From Zootoca vivipara (lineage: Eukaryota), in NCBI RefSeq assembly GCF_963506605.1, contig NC_083276.1:81468001-81532000 (forward strand): a stretch of 64,000 nt of DNA. The letters run 5' to 3'. A program made the position numbers and the translations under genes. The notes below the pieces were generated by a model, which saw only the letters and a program-made list of their open reading frames with translations, was not told where the DNA came from and did no database searches. Each line of letters starts with the position of its first letter. Position 1 is the stretch's first letter. This document shows, in pieces, positions 12,312-24,801 of this stretch.

Positions 12312-15300
12312 CATCACTTTTCTATTGGTTATATGAGTGCTTCTTTGCGTTCCAGGACTCTCTTTGGTACAGTTTAGTTCTTGTGTGTATCACATAGGGA
12401 TCCTGGTTGCTTCAAGTGAGGATTTGAATAAGGGATTGGGGGGGGGATTTATTTCAGTTCATATTTGAAGTTGAAGCTGCCTAATTCACACTTTGTGAAT
12501 TGCTATGCAAACTTAAACCTAGCCATCCTTTAGTGTTCACGCTTCACTGAATATTGCAATGCAGTTCTCCAGCCAAGGAATGTGTATAAAAATGCATATA
12601 TTACAGAAAACAGTATACAGAAAATGCATTATATTAGGCAAAATTGCATGCAAAATGTTTATATTAGAAGAAATTCACACTAAAATGGTGACAGATTTTC
12701 ATAAAGACTTTTTTCCCCAAAAAATTCAGATGATGTGGAAATGTGGAAAACTGAATTTAAGATTGGAAAAATGAGGAAACTGAGAGAAACTGAAATTGAC
12801 AGTTTTTTCCATCCCTAATCTGAGTTAGCAAATACATGCAGGGCCCTTATCAGTTTATTAGCAAAACAATATCATGGTGGACAGAAGAAAATTAACAAAA
12901 TTGCATTCATACCAGGGTTGCCCCTCTGTAAACTTCCATGCAGGACTGACTTTAAGGTGTCCAGAGCACAAAAATAACTAGAGAATATGGCTAGTCAGTG
13001 CCAACAATGGCAACTCTTCCCAGTAGTTGCAAGGTCTGAAGGCCTCCACCTTCCCATCACGCTCTAAGGCTCCTCCTCTCCAGGGTCTTTTCCAAGCAGT
13101 TGCAAACTGTGTCTGTGCAGAGCCAATCTGTGCTCTGCTCTTTTCATTTCTCAGCCTGATCTAGGAGACCAGAGGGGAGGGGAGCTGGTTGCAACAGGAG
13201 GGTGAGACTCCCTAGATTCTTCAGCAACATGTCTCCACTCTGCCTTTTGCCCAACCTCCTCTCCAGCCTCTGCTTCAGCCTTGGAGATTGAACTGCTCTC
13301 TGCCACAGCCTCTTCCGGCTCACCACACCCTGTTACCTCTTCTGCTTCCGACACCTCTTCCTCCCAGTCTTCTCCCACGGACCACTCATTGTTGTCATCT
13401 CCCCACCAGTTCCTATCTCTGAGCCTTCTTCTCTTGGGAGTTCCCCGGCTGGTGCCTCCCATCCCTCCTCTGCATCCTGCCAGTGCATGACATTTCCCCA
13501 CAAAGCAGCATGATTTCTTATTAAATAGGCAATGTTATCTAATCTCCCTGCAAAAAAAAAACCCCAACAACCCACACACATTGATTGCTTGAGAAACAGG
13601 TTAGCTGGAAACACCCAAGCCGACAAGCTGACTTTATTATTGCACTTTATTATTTTTAATTTTTCGCCTCCTTCCCCCTTTGTTTTGTATCACATCTCTG
13701 CCAGATGAAAAGCTCTGGAGAACTCAAAAGCTTTCCATGCTTTTGTGACATTATGGTTGGTCCCAGTATAAGTGTTGTCCAACTGTGGAAAGGAAGTGTG
13801 GTTTTTAATGACAAAAAAAAATCACTGTAGTTTTTCTCTCTTCAACACCCTTAGGGAGAAAGCTCCACTGTACTATTTAAATACTTAAACAGGAAATTGT
13901 CCAACATTTTGTTTGACTAAATAATGGGGAACCAATCCTCCTACTTATTTCAAATCATCTTGCACATGCTGTAAGTACATTGAATATGTTAGGCAATACT
14001 AAGTTCCGTAGATGAACTGCAGAAGATCAGCCAGGCTTTCCAGGTCCAATAGTTTAACAATAGAGCCCAAAACAATTCCCCATCTTCCATTGTCTTGAAT
14101 TAGGTTGCTGAGATCAGGAACCCTTGGCGGTGGTAGGTGGAACAGGAGTAGAATTGGGAGCAAACTCCAGTTCTGGTACTGTATTGAAAATAATCCTCAG
14201 GCTAAACTAGTGCTCAGAGGTGCCACATTTTATAATTGTGTCCATCTTCCAGGAAACAACATTTTGCTGCTGGCTCTGGTTGGTGGACCTCAGGTTTCTA
14301 GTGGAAAAACAAATTGATCCTTCAAACCTAAAATTTGCCTGCCTCTGCCACAGATGATCAGAGTGGTGAAGCCTGTTCAGAGGTGCATATACGGCAGTGC
14401 AACGGGTTCCCCCGCACAAATGACATAGTGAATTGAGCAAAACGGAAAGTAAGAGGCAGGTTTGTGTGGATTCTGGCATTGCTGAAATTTCAAAGGCCAA
14501 AATCCACCCTTGTCAGACTTTGGGGAATTGGCTTCCCTCCCCCCTTAGCATTAGATAAGAACATCTTACCAGTTAGAAACTTTCACAGCAAGAGAACAAA
14601 GAACACATCTCCTAGACATGATGGTGCTCCCAATTAAGGATCACACCCCCTTCCGTCACTATTAATCTACGTCATTCCTACTTCTTGTAATCTGAGCTTG
14701 TACCTTCTATGCTTTCTGTTCTGAGACTTTCTGAGCTCTTCTTGACCTTGGGCTGAGTGGAGGAATGCTGTCCAGAGACTGTGAATCTGTTAACACTCTC
14801 TATTCCAGTGTTTCTTCTTCTAGCTGTTCCCCATCCAGCATTTCCCAGCTTCTGCCTTCTGAACTATGTCCCTCTGCAAACCTCTGTTCCAAATCTATAC
14901 TGTCCTCCTGCTTCTGGGAAGATTCAGGAGCAGGAGCAGGGGGAGGGTGTGGCTCCCACCATTCCTCTTCAGTGCAGCCCTCCTCAGCATGGTACCTGAC
15001 AACCCCTGAGGCTGTTGTAAATTGACACAAGTACAATGCTAAGAATGCTGACCCTAAGATTGCTATGGGGCCTACCTGGACTAAGTAGATTAAAGGATCT
15101 CAAACAGTAGGAAAGCTCTGCTGCTAGAAACAGAGGGAAATAGAAGCATCATAACTGGTGGTTCCTCTTGTGAGCTGTAGCAGGCACTATCGGAAACAAG
15201 CCTGTGGTTTGTGGTGACTCATCTCCCTCAGCTTCCTTTGAAAAATGCAATCAGCAATAAAATATGAACTCTGGGGCTGGGGAAGTTCTCTTGCATTGCT

Positions 15301-16438
15301 TTCCTATCAACCGAATGAGCCCTTCTTTGTTTTGTTAAATGCCATAAAACGAAAACAAACAACTGTATATACAAATTCACCCCAGTGGATAGAACGCATG
15401 GAAGGTGGAAAGATCTCTCACATACAGTATGTCTCTGACCTGATATTGCTATGGCAAGAGCATGTGCACACCCACCCCCTGTCATTTCAGCTGCAGAAGA
15501 CAGGGAAATTGTGTGATAGATGTCACAGACCACAGCAGTGCTTGCAGCAAGGAAATGCAATGTTAAGCAATTTCAGAGAAAGTTCTCTTCCAATCAGCAG
15601 GGCCAGTTTTTTAAAAAAAAAATTTTTGAGGATGCTACTCAGCTCAACTTGGTGACTATCCTGAAAACATCTCCTCTTTAAATGTATTTTATTTATTTCC
15701 TTATATTTATATACCACTTTTTGGCCCCCAAGTGCTGGACAGATGACTACAAAAGACAAATGCAATTATTTTTATGTACAAAGATACATAAAAATCAATA
15801 AAAATATACAATATCTCCTGCCTGCCTTCAAATATGGAACCTTTATAACCTTTGACAAAGGCATTATCATAATTTTTTCTGAGAACTCTTGGGTGGATGA
15901 TCCCATTTCTTGTTAGGAGGTACGTTCCAGGCAGTAGAATGTGGTTCACCAATGCTCCAAGAAACTGGCGCAATGGAATTGGGGTTAGTTCAACAGCAGA
16001 GTCCTTTGGTGCTAGAAGTCATGGATGCAGCCAGGATTTTTGTTAGGGGAGCCTGGGGAGGGGGCTTTTTTTTAGGGGATCCAGAAAAGTTGTTGAGCTA
16101 CGCCCATGCTGGAAGTGGAATCAAAATGCAGGTTTCACAGAGCACCTAATATAATGCTGGATTGTTGAGCATTGGCTCTTTCCCATGGCTTTCCCTTATC
16201 TTTTCTTTCTTTTAATGTTTTTCCACACAGAAAAACTTAGTTTGCAAAAGAAGGATAAAAGGTATGCAGATTCTGGTCGGTGGTTGCAGGTTTAGAATTC
16301 TTAGTTGTTTGTTTCCCTCTGACTTCTAAATTCATTTTTCACCTGCACCTAAAGATAGTGTGGCTTCATGCAAGGTTTACTCATTTTATTTCCACCTTGA
16401 AACTATAGACAGATCCACACATTTAAAGTACATCCAAC

Positions 16439-16646
16439 CAGCGGCAGAGCTTCATGCTCCGCCACCGGGGGCGGAGAGCAGGCGCGCTGCCCCCAGGGAC
16501 GGGGCACGTGTTCTGGGGGCGGGGCGCGCCGTGCGCAGGGGCGTGATGCGCATTTGGGGGTCAGAGCAGGCAGCCACGATGGCGCCCCTGGGATTGCGCC
16601 ACCCAGGGCGCCCTGCCCCCACCGCCCCTATCTTCCTACGCCCCTG
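16439..16646. mobile_element. GC-rich hAT-type MITE
   Basis: CAG..CTG termini, perfect 8-bp TSD CATCCAAC; related copy at 31930..32172 in the opposite orientation. Confidence 0.8.
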
Positions 16647-19600
16647 CATCCAACACACATTTAAATCGCTTGACTTCCCCCATAGAATCCTGGGAACTTT
16701 AATTTGTTGAGTGTGCTGGAAATTATAGCTCTGTGAGGGGATTTACATGTGAGTTGGTTGTGCTTTAAATGTATCTTGTGGATCTGACATTATAATACCG
16801 ATGGAACGGCACAGGAACATATAATGAGGAAATTTCGTACTATTTATAGGCAACCTCTAGCGGTGAACAGACGGCTGGGAAATGTAGTTCATTGTTATAC
16901 TGTAATTCTTTTATGGTGATTGGTATCTCTATCCCTATTCGCTCTCCACTTCCAGATGTTCATTCCTTATATGTATTGTGCTGATTCTATAAGATGCACT
17001 TTTTGTGGCATGACTTGACTGTGGGGAAAGTGCAAAGATAATGTAGTTTTTAGCTCCCCAAATTTCCTGCTACCGGTATCTATATAATGTTGGGGGATAG
17101 AGCACGCTAGAAAATATTCAAGATGGTGTCATTGTCAGCAGGGAAGTTTACAAGCATTAGGTCTACTACAAAAAACAACAACCAGTCAATTAGTCATTGA
17201 ATACCTTGGCTGGGATCAGTCCAAAGTTTGTGACAATTAGGTATTGCCTCCATAGTGGATAAGTACTGCTTGGGACAGGAAGACTGTAATGAGTTTATCA
17301 TAAGTTCATTGACCTTTGGGGTTTGTTTGATAAATATATTTGCAACAGAGAAGAGGGTGATGTTCCCTCTAAACAAAAACCAAGAGATATCTGACAACCC
17401 TACTGGGGATAATTCACTTCTTCTGGAAAGAAGCTAAGTGATACCCTGTCTGCAGGATTAGGTGATGGCAATGCATGGGTAGTTGGTGTTGCTTTGATTC
17501 TGTTGATATTTCAGTGGTGGGAGAATCTTACCAACCTAGCAAATAAACCAGAATACCCTAAGATCCATTACTATACTGCGTAAGAGTTGAGTGGGGTGAA
17601 AATAACGCTGGACGTATCACTTGCTTGCTGATACTTGCCTTCCTTTTTGGGAACCAATATCTCAACAAAAGGAGATCGCCAGAAGGAGCACTCGCTTTGG
17701 ACTGTCATCCCGTGAGTCTGAAGAAACTTAGCAAGGTAAGAAGAGCCCCTTGCAGGCATAGCCAGTTATATAGCCAGTTGTTTCCATGTTATTCTTTAAA
17801 TGGGTTACATGCACTTAAACAAATCATGCCTGATCCACTTCTTATCCTTTGCCGAAGGGATGGGAGCCAGTGACCCTCCAGATATTGTTAGACTTCAACT
17901 TCCCTCAGCCCCAACCAGCATGCAGTCAAAGTTATCTAAAGAGCCACAGACCTGCTTGACAGAATACTCATGAAAAATCATTTACTCAATTGTGCAATGG
18001 ATAGGGAGGATGCTGGGGATAAGTAACAAAGGCTATCCGTTATCTTCATGCCCTGGTTGTGAGCTCTCCAAGGTATCTGGTTGGTTACTGTTGGAAACTG
18101 AATGTTGGGCCAGGTGGACTTTAGAAAGGCAAGTGTTTCTGCACACAGTGGTCCTCTTTCTCACTATGCTGATACTCACTCATTGTTCCTGTGGACTGAA
18201 AAGCTGGGGTGGTGGTGGAATTGTAATGCAATTGAGCATGCTTGCTAATGCAGCTTTGCATTAGTGCTGCAGATCTCAGTGAAGCACTACATATTTATCA
18301 GTGTGCAAGGTTCTCTCTCCCTCTCCATTTTACTCTCACAACAATCTTGTGGAAATCTTTTATGTTCTGTGAGTGGAGAGCTGCATCTGGATTCATCTTG
18401 CCCCCGTTTAAAGTGCATTAATTTTATTTATTTATGTTTATTCCACGAGAGAATATACCTCCTCCCTCTCCCAATGCCATCTAATAACCTTCATGGCCTG
18501 GTAGTGATTTGAATCCAGGTCTAAGGGATTATCCACACTTACCTTTTGCCCCACTCTTTCCAGGCAGAGATTTGTACTATAACACTCAGTGTCTGAACAT
18601 TTTGGGGGGGGTCCTTCCCCCCCTGAGCTTTCCCCACAAAAAACCCACTCTTCAAAGCTGAATTGGAGCAAACTCAATTTGCATTTTCTGAGGATTGATA
18701 TTTCCTCGGATTGTGCTTTAAAGAATGGCTTTTCACAGGGTAAGTCCAGAGCAAAAAAATAAAGGTTTTTCTTTTCTTTCTCAGACATAGAGTTTAAATC
18801 ATGGGCTGTACCTGGAAAGAGGGGAGGAAAGGTAAGCCCTAAATTTACATCCCCTACACTGCACAGACTCTCACAGCTGAAGAGGTGAAATATGCAGCCT
18901 CTAAAAGCTCTGTCCAAATGGATGAGGGAGCTGCAGTCAAGAGAAGAGAAACTTAGCCAAACAATGACCCTAGGGAGTGTTGCAGGAAAAACTGCAGGAA
19001 ATCTTGTGGTACCATTAAGAATTAAGCATTTTTAATAGCATAGGCTATCTTGGACTCAGGAAAACACTTCATGCATCTGATGCAGTGGACCATATTCCAC
19101 AAAAACTTATGCCAGAAGAGTCTTTTTAAAAACACAACAGCACTTGTTTGTTTTTATGACTAAAGCAAGCCAGAATGGGCAAAGGGTTTTTTTAGGTGCC
19201 TCTTCCACAAACGCCGACTCTCCTTTAGTCTATGTTTTATCCATTTTGCCGTTTTTTTATCCATTTTGCTATTGAAACTGGGGCCTCTTCCTCTTGTGTC
19301 TGTGAGCACACATCTAACTGATTTATTAAAGTAAAAAGATAAACAGAAGCATAATATTTTACCACTCTGCACACTCAGGCCGAGTGTATATCTCCCACTC
19401 TTATACCTGACAGTGAGTGAAGATCTGAAGATCCGAAGTGCTTTGAGAGAGGCTTTCAGTTCTCAGTGTCCACACATATTTCCTTTGTGCCATTGTTGAA
19501 TCTGGTCCAACAGACTTGGCAAGTTTTTGAAACCCGCTTGCCTGAGGTAAAAGCTGGATAAGTGTATATGTACATGAGCAGCAATTCCTCTTTCATTCCA

Positions 19601-19859
19601 CCTTCAACTTTATGAAAACAGGGGACCCAATATTTTCACAACTGAAGCATTAAGGTCAGACCAGCAGTGAGAGGTACTCTTTAAAAAACGGCAACATGAG
19701 GGGGACGAGCCCTGCTGGATTGGACCAAAGGGATAATTCATCATCCTGCTCCCCACAGTGGCCAATCACCTAAGTTGCCCTTTCACACTCACCATTTTTC
19801 TGTTTCCAGTCACTCTCCCTGGCCTAGCTGCCTTCCCCCAACCCCACCAATATCAATTA

Positions 19860-20186
19860 TGCTGGATCGGCTGCTGGAGTGGGCTCCCGTTGCTCTGTCC
19901 CAGCTTCTGCCAACCTAGCAGTTTGAAAGCGCACCAGTGCAAGTGGATAAATAGGTACTGCCACGCTGGAAAGGTAAATGGCATTTTTGTGCGCTCTGGC
20001 TTCCATCACGGTGTCCCGTTGCGTCAGAAGCAGTTTAGTCATGTTGGCCGCCTGACCCAGAAAGCTGTCTGTGGACAAATGCTGGCTCCCTTGGCCTGAA
20101 AGCAAGATGAGCGCCACACCCCATAGCCGCCTTTGACTGGGCTTTACTGTCCAGGGCTCATTTACCTTTAGCTTTTTACCTTTACC
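19860..20186 (+). mobile_element. Sauria SINE, 5'-truncated and diverged
   Basis: gctcccgttgct..gccaacctagcagt..gtcatg.tggcc body with (ACCTTT)n tail. Confidence 0.85.
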
Positions 20187-20948
20187 TAATTGTTTAATGT
20201 ATATTGAAATGGATAATAAATATATAATGTGCCAGTATTGTATATGGAGTAACATGACTAGAAATTTCCATTGAAGAAGAGATTACCATATTAATCATTA
20301 ATGGGACTGTATCTTTGTGGCTCATTCACAAGGTTTTTAGCTCACAGTCACATGAAAGAGATAGTATTAAAGGTCTATGCATATGCTAATTTGCGAGGCA
20401 ACCACGTTGGGTGTGTGTTTTTTGTTGGAGGCTGTGGAAGAGAATGGACATGTTAATCTGCGTCCAGCACAAAGCATGAGACTAAAAGACTGCAATGGAG
20501 AACAGACTGTTTTAGCTCAGAATACAATATATTTGTACTGTAATCTAAATTACTATGCCTTGTGCTGGGACCAGTATATGAAATTATGCTACTGGGTGAA
20601 TGTAACTTTATTTGTTTTAAGTTGTTTGGAGTTAAGTTCTGTAAGTAAAGCTTTTGAACAGATTAGAAACTTGCATGTTGTTTTTCAATAAATATTATAT
20701 AATTAGTAATATTTCATAACGATTCATTGACATTTGCATGGGAGGTATTGTACAGGATCTAAAACTAATTCAGTTTGTATTCATGGCGACCACAATATTT
20801 ACATGGTAAATAAGATGCAGAGGAGTAAAAAGTCTGAAGCTGATAATCAAGATTCCAGGTATTTGAATACCACATGCTGCAGTGAGATAACTATGAATTA
20901 AGAATTGATGTTTAACCCATTGGTTTTTTTTGTACAGTGACTGATGAG

Positions 20949-21908
20949 ATGTACTTGGCACTTGCAAACCAGAGCAACCAATCCATTGCCTATGAGTTTA
21001 TCTTCCGGGCATTCTCCACCATTCCTGAGATCCAGCGTCTCCTCTTCGCGTTCTTCCTTCTGCTCTACCTCACCATCCTCTTTGGCAATGTCTCCATCAT
21101 CTGGGTGGCGTGCACAGATCATTCCCTACGTGTCCCCATGTATTTCTTCCTGGGAAACCTCTCTTTTCTGGAGATCTGTTACACCACTGTGGTAGTGCCT
21201 CAACTGCTGTCCAGCATCTTAGATGTCCACAGACCAATCCCATTTGCAAGCTGCGGCATACAGATGTTCTTCTTTGTAGCACTCGGCAGCACAGACTGTT
21301 TCCTGCTGGCCGTCATGGCATATGACCGTTACGTTGCCATTTGCCACCCACTTCGCTACAGCCTCATCATGACCTGGCAGGTATGCTCATGGCTCGTGGC
21401 TGGATCACTGATCCTTGCACTTGTGTTGTCATTGGAGCTGACTGTGCTGATCTTCACCTTGCCTTTCTGTGGCCACCAGCCCGAAATCAACCATTTCCTG
21501 TGTGACGTGCCACCTGTGTTGCGCTTGGCATGTGCCGACACCCATGTCCACCAGACTGTGCTGTATAGTGTTGGTGTCATGGTCCTAACTATTCCCTTCG
21601 TTCTAATATGCATCTCCTACATTTACATTGTGACTGCCATCTTGCGGATCCGCTCAACAACTGGGCGGCAACAGGCCTTCTCCACCTGCTCCTCCCACCT
21701 GACAGTGGTGATCATACAGTATGGGTGCTGCAGCCTTGTCTATCTGCGTCCCAAGACAGATTCGTCAGAGGATGACGACCGCCATCTTGCTCTCATGTAC
21801 ACTTTTGTCACTCCACTGCTAAACCCCCTCATCTACAGCCTGAGGAACAAGGATGTCAAGCAGGCTCTAAAGAAGGCCATGGTGAGAACTAACGACTCTC
21901 AGGTCTGA
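20949..21908 (+). CDS. OR10Q1: Olfactory receptor, OR10Q1-like (319 aa, intact)
   Basis: OR motifs [35 protein letters not shown]. Diagnostic stretches EFIFRAFS, INHFLCDVPPVLRLACAD, QYGCCSLVYLRP match recalled human OR10Q1. First ATG at 20949 follows a poly-T/AG acceptor; the ORF-track start at 20937 is GTG. Confidence 0.9.
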   Translation: MYLALANQSNQSIAYEFIFRAFSTIPEIQRLLFAFFLLLYLTILFGNVSIIWVACTDHSLRVPMYFFLGNLSFLEICYTTVVVPQLLSSILDVHRPIPFASCGIQMFFFVALGSTDCFLLAVMAYDRYVAICHPLRYSLIMTWQVCSWLVAGSLILALVLSLELTVLIFTLPFCGHQPEINHFLCDVPPVLRLACADTHVHQTVLYSVGVMVLTIPFVLICISYIYIVTAILRIRSTTGRQQAFSTCSSHLTVVIIQYGCCSLVYLRPKTDSSEDDDRHLALMYTFVTPLLNPLIYSLRNKDVKQALKKAMVRTNDSQV

Positions 21909-21969
21909 TTCCTATTCATATGGGAAATCCAGTACCAAACATTCCATAGAACCATCTTCCATGTCTAAG

Positions 21970-22323
21970 AAACAGGAGGCAGAATGAGGTTATGCAACGA
22001 AGGGGAAATGAGCGAGGTCCTAACTAAAGAAGAATGGCAACTTAAGCTGATGGAATATGCACAGCTTGTGGACTTAACCTATAGAATAAGAGAACAAGAA
22101 GAGCATACAGTATGTTTAGAGTATACTCTTGAAAACATTGGCAGCATTGTGTAAATAAGTTTTGGTGGATTTAATAATGGAATACTGAATGGTTTAGTTT
22201 GTGTAAAATATGCAAGGATTTATGGTATGCAAAATGAACTATGGAAAGAGAAGAAGGGAAGTTTAAATGAGAATTCTAAATTGTAAAACAGAAACATTAA
22301 TAAAAATTATATATATAAAAAAG
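21970..22323 (+). mobile_element. L1/Tx1-like LINE 3' end
   Basis: Encodes TKEEWQLKLMEYAQL..LTYRIREQ (resembles squamate L1 ORF2 end), then AATAAA and an A-rich tail. Confidence 0.65.
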
Positions 22324-22364
22324 ATAATGACTGCTCCCAGGTGTTCTTACACAAGCTGCGGCAA

Positions 22365-22470
22365 GATGATGACCGCCATCTTGCTCTCATATACACTTTT
22401 GTCAGTCCACTGCTAAACCCCCTCATCTACAGCCTGAGGAACAAGGATGTCAAGCAGGCTCTAAAGAAGG
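22365..22470 (+). pseudogene. 106-bp duplicate of the OR10Q1-like TM7/helix 8 coding segment (21771..21876)
   Basis: Direct alignment, 3 mismatches in 106 nt. Confidence 0.85.
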
Positions 22471-22900
22471 TGATTAGGACCAGAGCTGGAACTAGGGTGG
22501 GGTGAGCAGGGTCCTTGCCATGGGTGCCTGATTCAAGGGAGGAGACACACTGAGAACAAATGTTTTAAGAACTGGGACTTTACCTGAGGCCAGTGGGATT
22601 GCTATTAACCTATTGGAATAGATTGACATGTGGGTATGTTTGTAGACCTAATGTTCTCCCTGAACCTCAGGTCATAGCTTTGACCAGCATACAAAATATC
22701 TGGCGGTGTACAGCAAGATTTACAGAATAAATATAATACCATTAATCACAAAATTGAATAATGATAAAAATGGCTGGTTTGTCTTAAAAGTTTAAACCAC
22801 AGAACAAGCCTGTTGACAGCATTCCCATGGAGATTCAACAGGTTTCTCCTACCTGCACTTCACAGAAATTAAAATATTTTTGTTTAGGCAAAACAAAATA

Positions 22901-23213
22901 AAAAGATTCCTTCCAGTAGCACCTTAGAAACCAACTAAGTTTGTCATTGGTATGAGCTTTCATGTGCATGCACACTTCTTCAGATACACTGAAACAGAAG
23001 TCACCGGACCCTTATACTGTATATGGTGAGAGGGTGGGGAGGGGTATTACTCAGAAGGGTGGTGGGAATGAATGATTGGCTGATAGGTGTGGTAAACCTG
23101 TTGATGACTGTTAACGGCTGTTAACGACTGCAATTGGCCTTACAGGAAAAAGCAAGGGGTGAGCTGGCTAAAAATTGCTTTATCATGTATAACGAGATAA
23201 GAATCCAATGTCT
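22901..23213. mobile_element. Penelope-like element fragment
   Basis: ccagtagcaccttaga.accaactaagtttgt..gagctttc.tgtgcatgcacacttcttcagatac terminus that I recognise from squamate Penelope-like repeats. Confidence 0.5.
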
Positions 23214-23435
23214 AGGCAAGCTTTCCTAGATGGAAGTCTCTGCCACAGTTGACCATTTTGCATAGTGTTTGAAATTATTTTCTGTTACTCTTGTGTTGTT
23301 TCACAACTGTGTTTTAGTTAGTCTGTTCTATTTTTACATAGCCTTGAGGGAAAGTGATCAATAATAATAATAAAAACCAGCCACCACAATAATTATACAA
23401 ACAACTGCTCAATTAGTTCTTGACTACCTTTGGAT

Positions 23436-23790
23436 GGACCCAGGTGGCGCTGTGGTTAAACCACTGAGCCTAGGGCTTGCTGATCAGAAGGTCGGTGGTT
23501 CGAATCCCTGTGACGGGGTGAGCTCCCGTTGCTCGGTCCCAGCTCCTGCCAACCTAGCAGTTCGAAAGCACGTCAAAATGCAAGTAGATAGGAACCGCTA
23601 CAGCGGGAAGGTAAACGGCGTTTCCATGTGCTGCTCTGGTTTGCCAGAAGCGGCTTTGTCATGCTGGCCACATGACCTGGAAGCTGTACGCCGGCTCCCT
23701 CGGCCAATAATGCGAGATGAGCGCGCAACCCCAGAGTCGGTCACGACTGGACCAAATGGTCAGGAGTCCCTTTACCTTTACCTTTACCTT
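23436..23790 (+). mobile_element. Sauria SINE, full-length (subfamily 1)
   Basis: tRNA-like head with B-box GGTTCGAATCC, conserved body, (ACCTTT)n tail. Confidence 0.93.
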
Positions 23791-23798
23791 TGGATGGA

Positions 23799-24146
23799 GG
23801 GATGCAGGCGGCGCTGTGGGTTAAACCACAGAGCCTAGGGCTTGCCGATCAGAAGGTAGGCGGTTCAAATCCCCGTGACGGGGTGAGCTCCCGTTGCTTG
23901 GTCCCTGCTCCTGCCAACCTAGCAGTTCGAAAGCACAAAGTGCAAGTAGATAAATAGGTACCGCTCTGGCGGGAAGGTAAACGGCATTTCCGTGCACTGC
24001 TCTGGTTCTCCAGAAGTGGCTTTGTCACGCTGGCCACATGACCCGGAAGCTGTATGCCAGCTCCCTCGGCCAATAAAGTGAGATGAGTGCCACAACCCCA
24101 GAGTCGGTCATGACTGGACATAATGGTCAGGGGTCCCTTTACCTTT
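23799..24146 (+). mobile_element. Sauria SINE, full-length (subfamily 2), head-to-tail with the previous copy
   Basis: Same structure with different diagnostic positions. Confidence 0.93.
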
Positions 24147-24153
24147 GGATGGA

Positions 24154-24801
24154 AGCTTGTTTTCTTTTGCTCTGAAAGGGAGAACTAGAACCAATGGATT
24201 CAAGTTACAAGAAAGGAGATTCTGACTATCAGTGGAACGGTCTCCCTCGGGAGGTTGTGGACTCCAGGGGTGTAGTGGGGGGCCATGGCACTCCCATGAC
24301 AGGCTCCCTCAGTTGCCAAGCCATGCCCAGGCTGGGCCTTCAGAGCTGGGGCGGCAGCAGGTGCGCCTCATGGCTGGCGAAGGGATGTCCACACACCCGC
24401 CATCCACCTCGCACCCGCCACAGAGAGGGAGGTGGTGGGTGCCACCACCGCTGCCCACCAAGGAAAGGCAAGAGGCTCTGGCTGCCTCCTCCTTTGCAAA
24501 CGGGGTGCCCCTTCGAGCCCCTTTCTCCCTCCCTTTATCTCCCTTGTCTCCAGCTCAGGCTGCTGAGGTTTGGTCCGTGGTGAGGACTTGGGGCTGGCAT
24601 GCCCACCCTCCACTCCCCACCCCACATACATGCCCCAGGTACAGAGGACCCACACTATGCCACTTGTGGACTCTCCTTCATTGGAGGTTCTAAGGCAGAG
24701 ATTGGATAGCCATCTGTCATTGGTGCTTTAGCTGAGATTCCTGAATCACAGGGGGTCAGACTAAATGACCCCTGGAGTCCCTTCCAGCTTTACAATTCTA
24801 T
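24154..24801 (+). mobile_element. CR1 LINE 3' fragment interrupted by a GC-rich insertion
   Basis: aatggattcaagttacaagaaaggagatt..cagtggaac..gaggttgtggactctcc..cccttcca CR1 3' motifs. Confidence 0.7.
24265..24665. mobile_element. GC-rich hAT-type element nested in CR1
   Basis: Perfect 8-bp TSD GTGGACTC; imperfect TIR CAGGGGTGTAGTG / CACTATGCCACTT. Confidence 0.75.

Noticed and set aside
16439-16646. CpG-island promoter
   Set aside because: GC-rich stretch is bounded by an 8-bp TSD and has a second copy, so it is a transposon
23436-23520. tRNA genes (also at 30329, 44421, 49487)
   Set aside because: These are tRNA-derived SINE heads followed by SINE bodies and tails; no complete cloverleaf is evident
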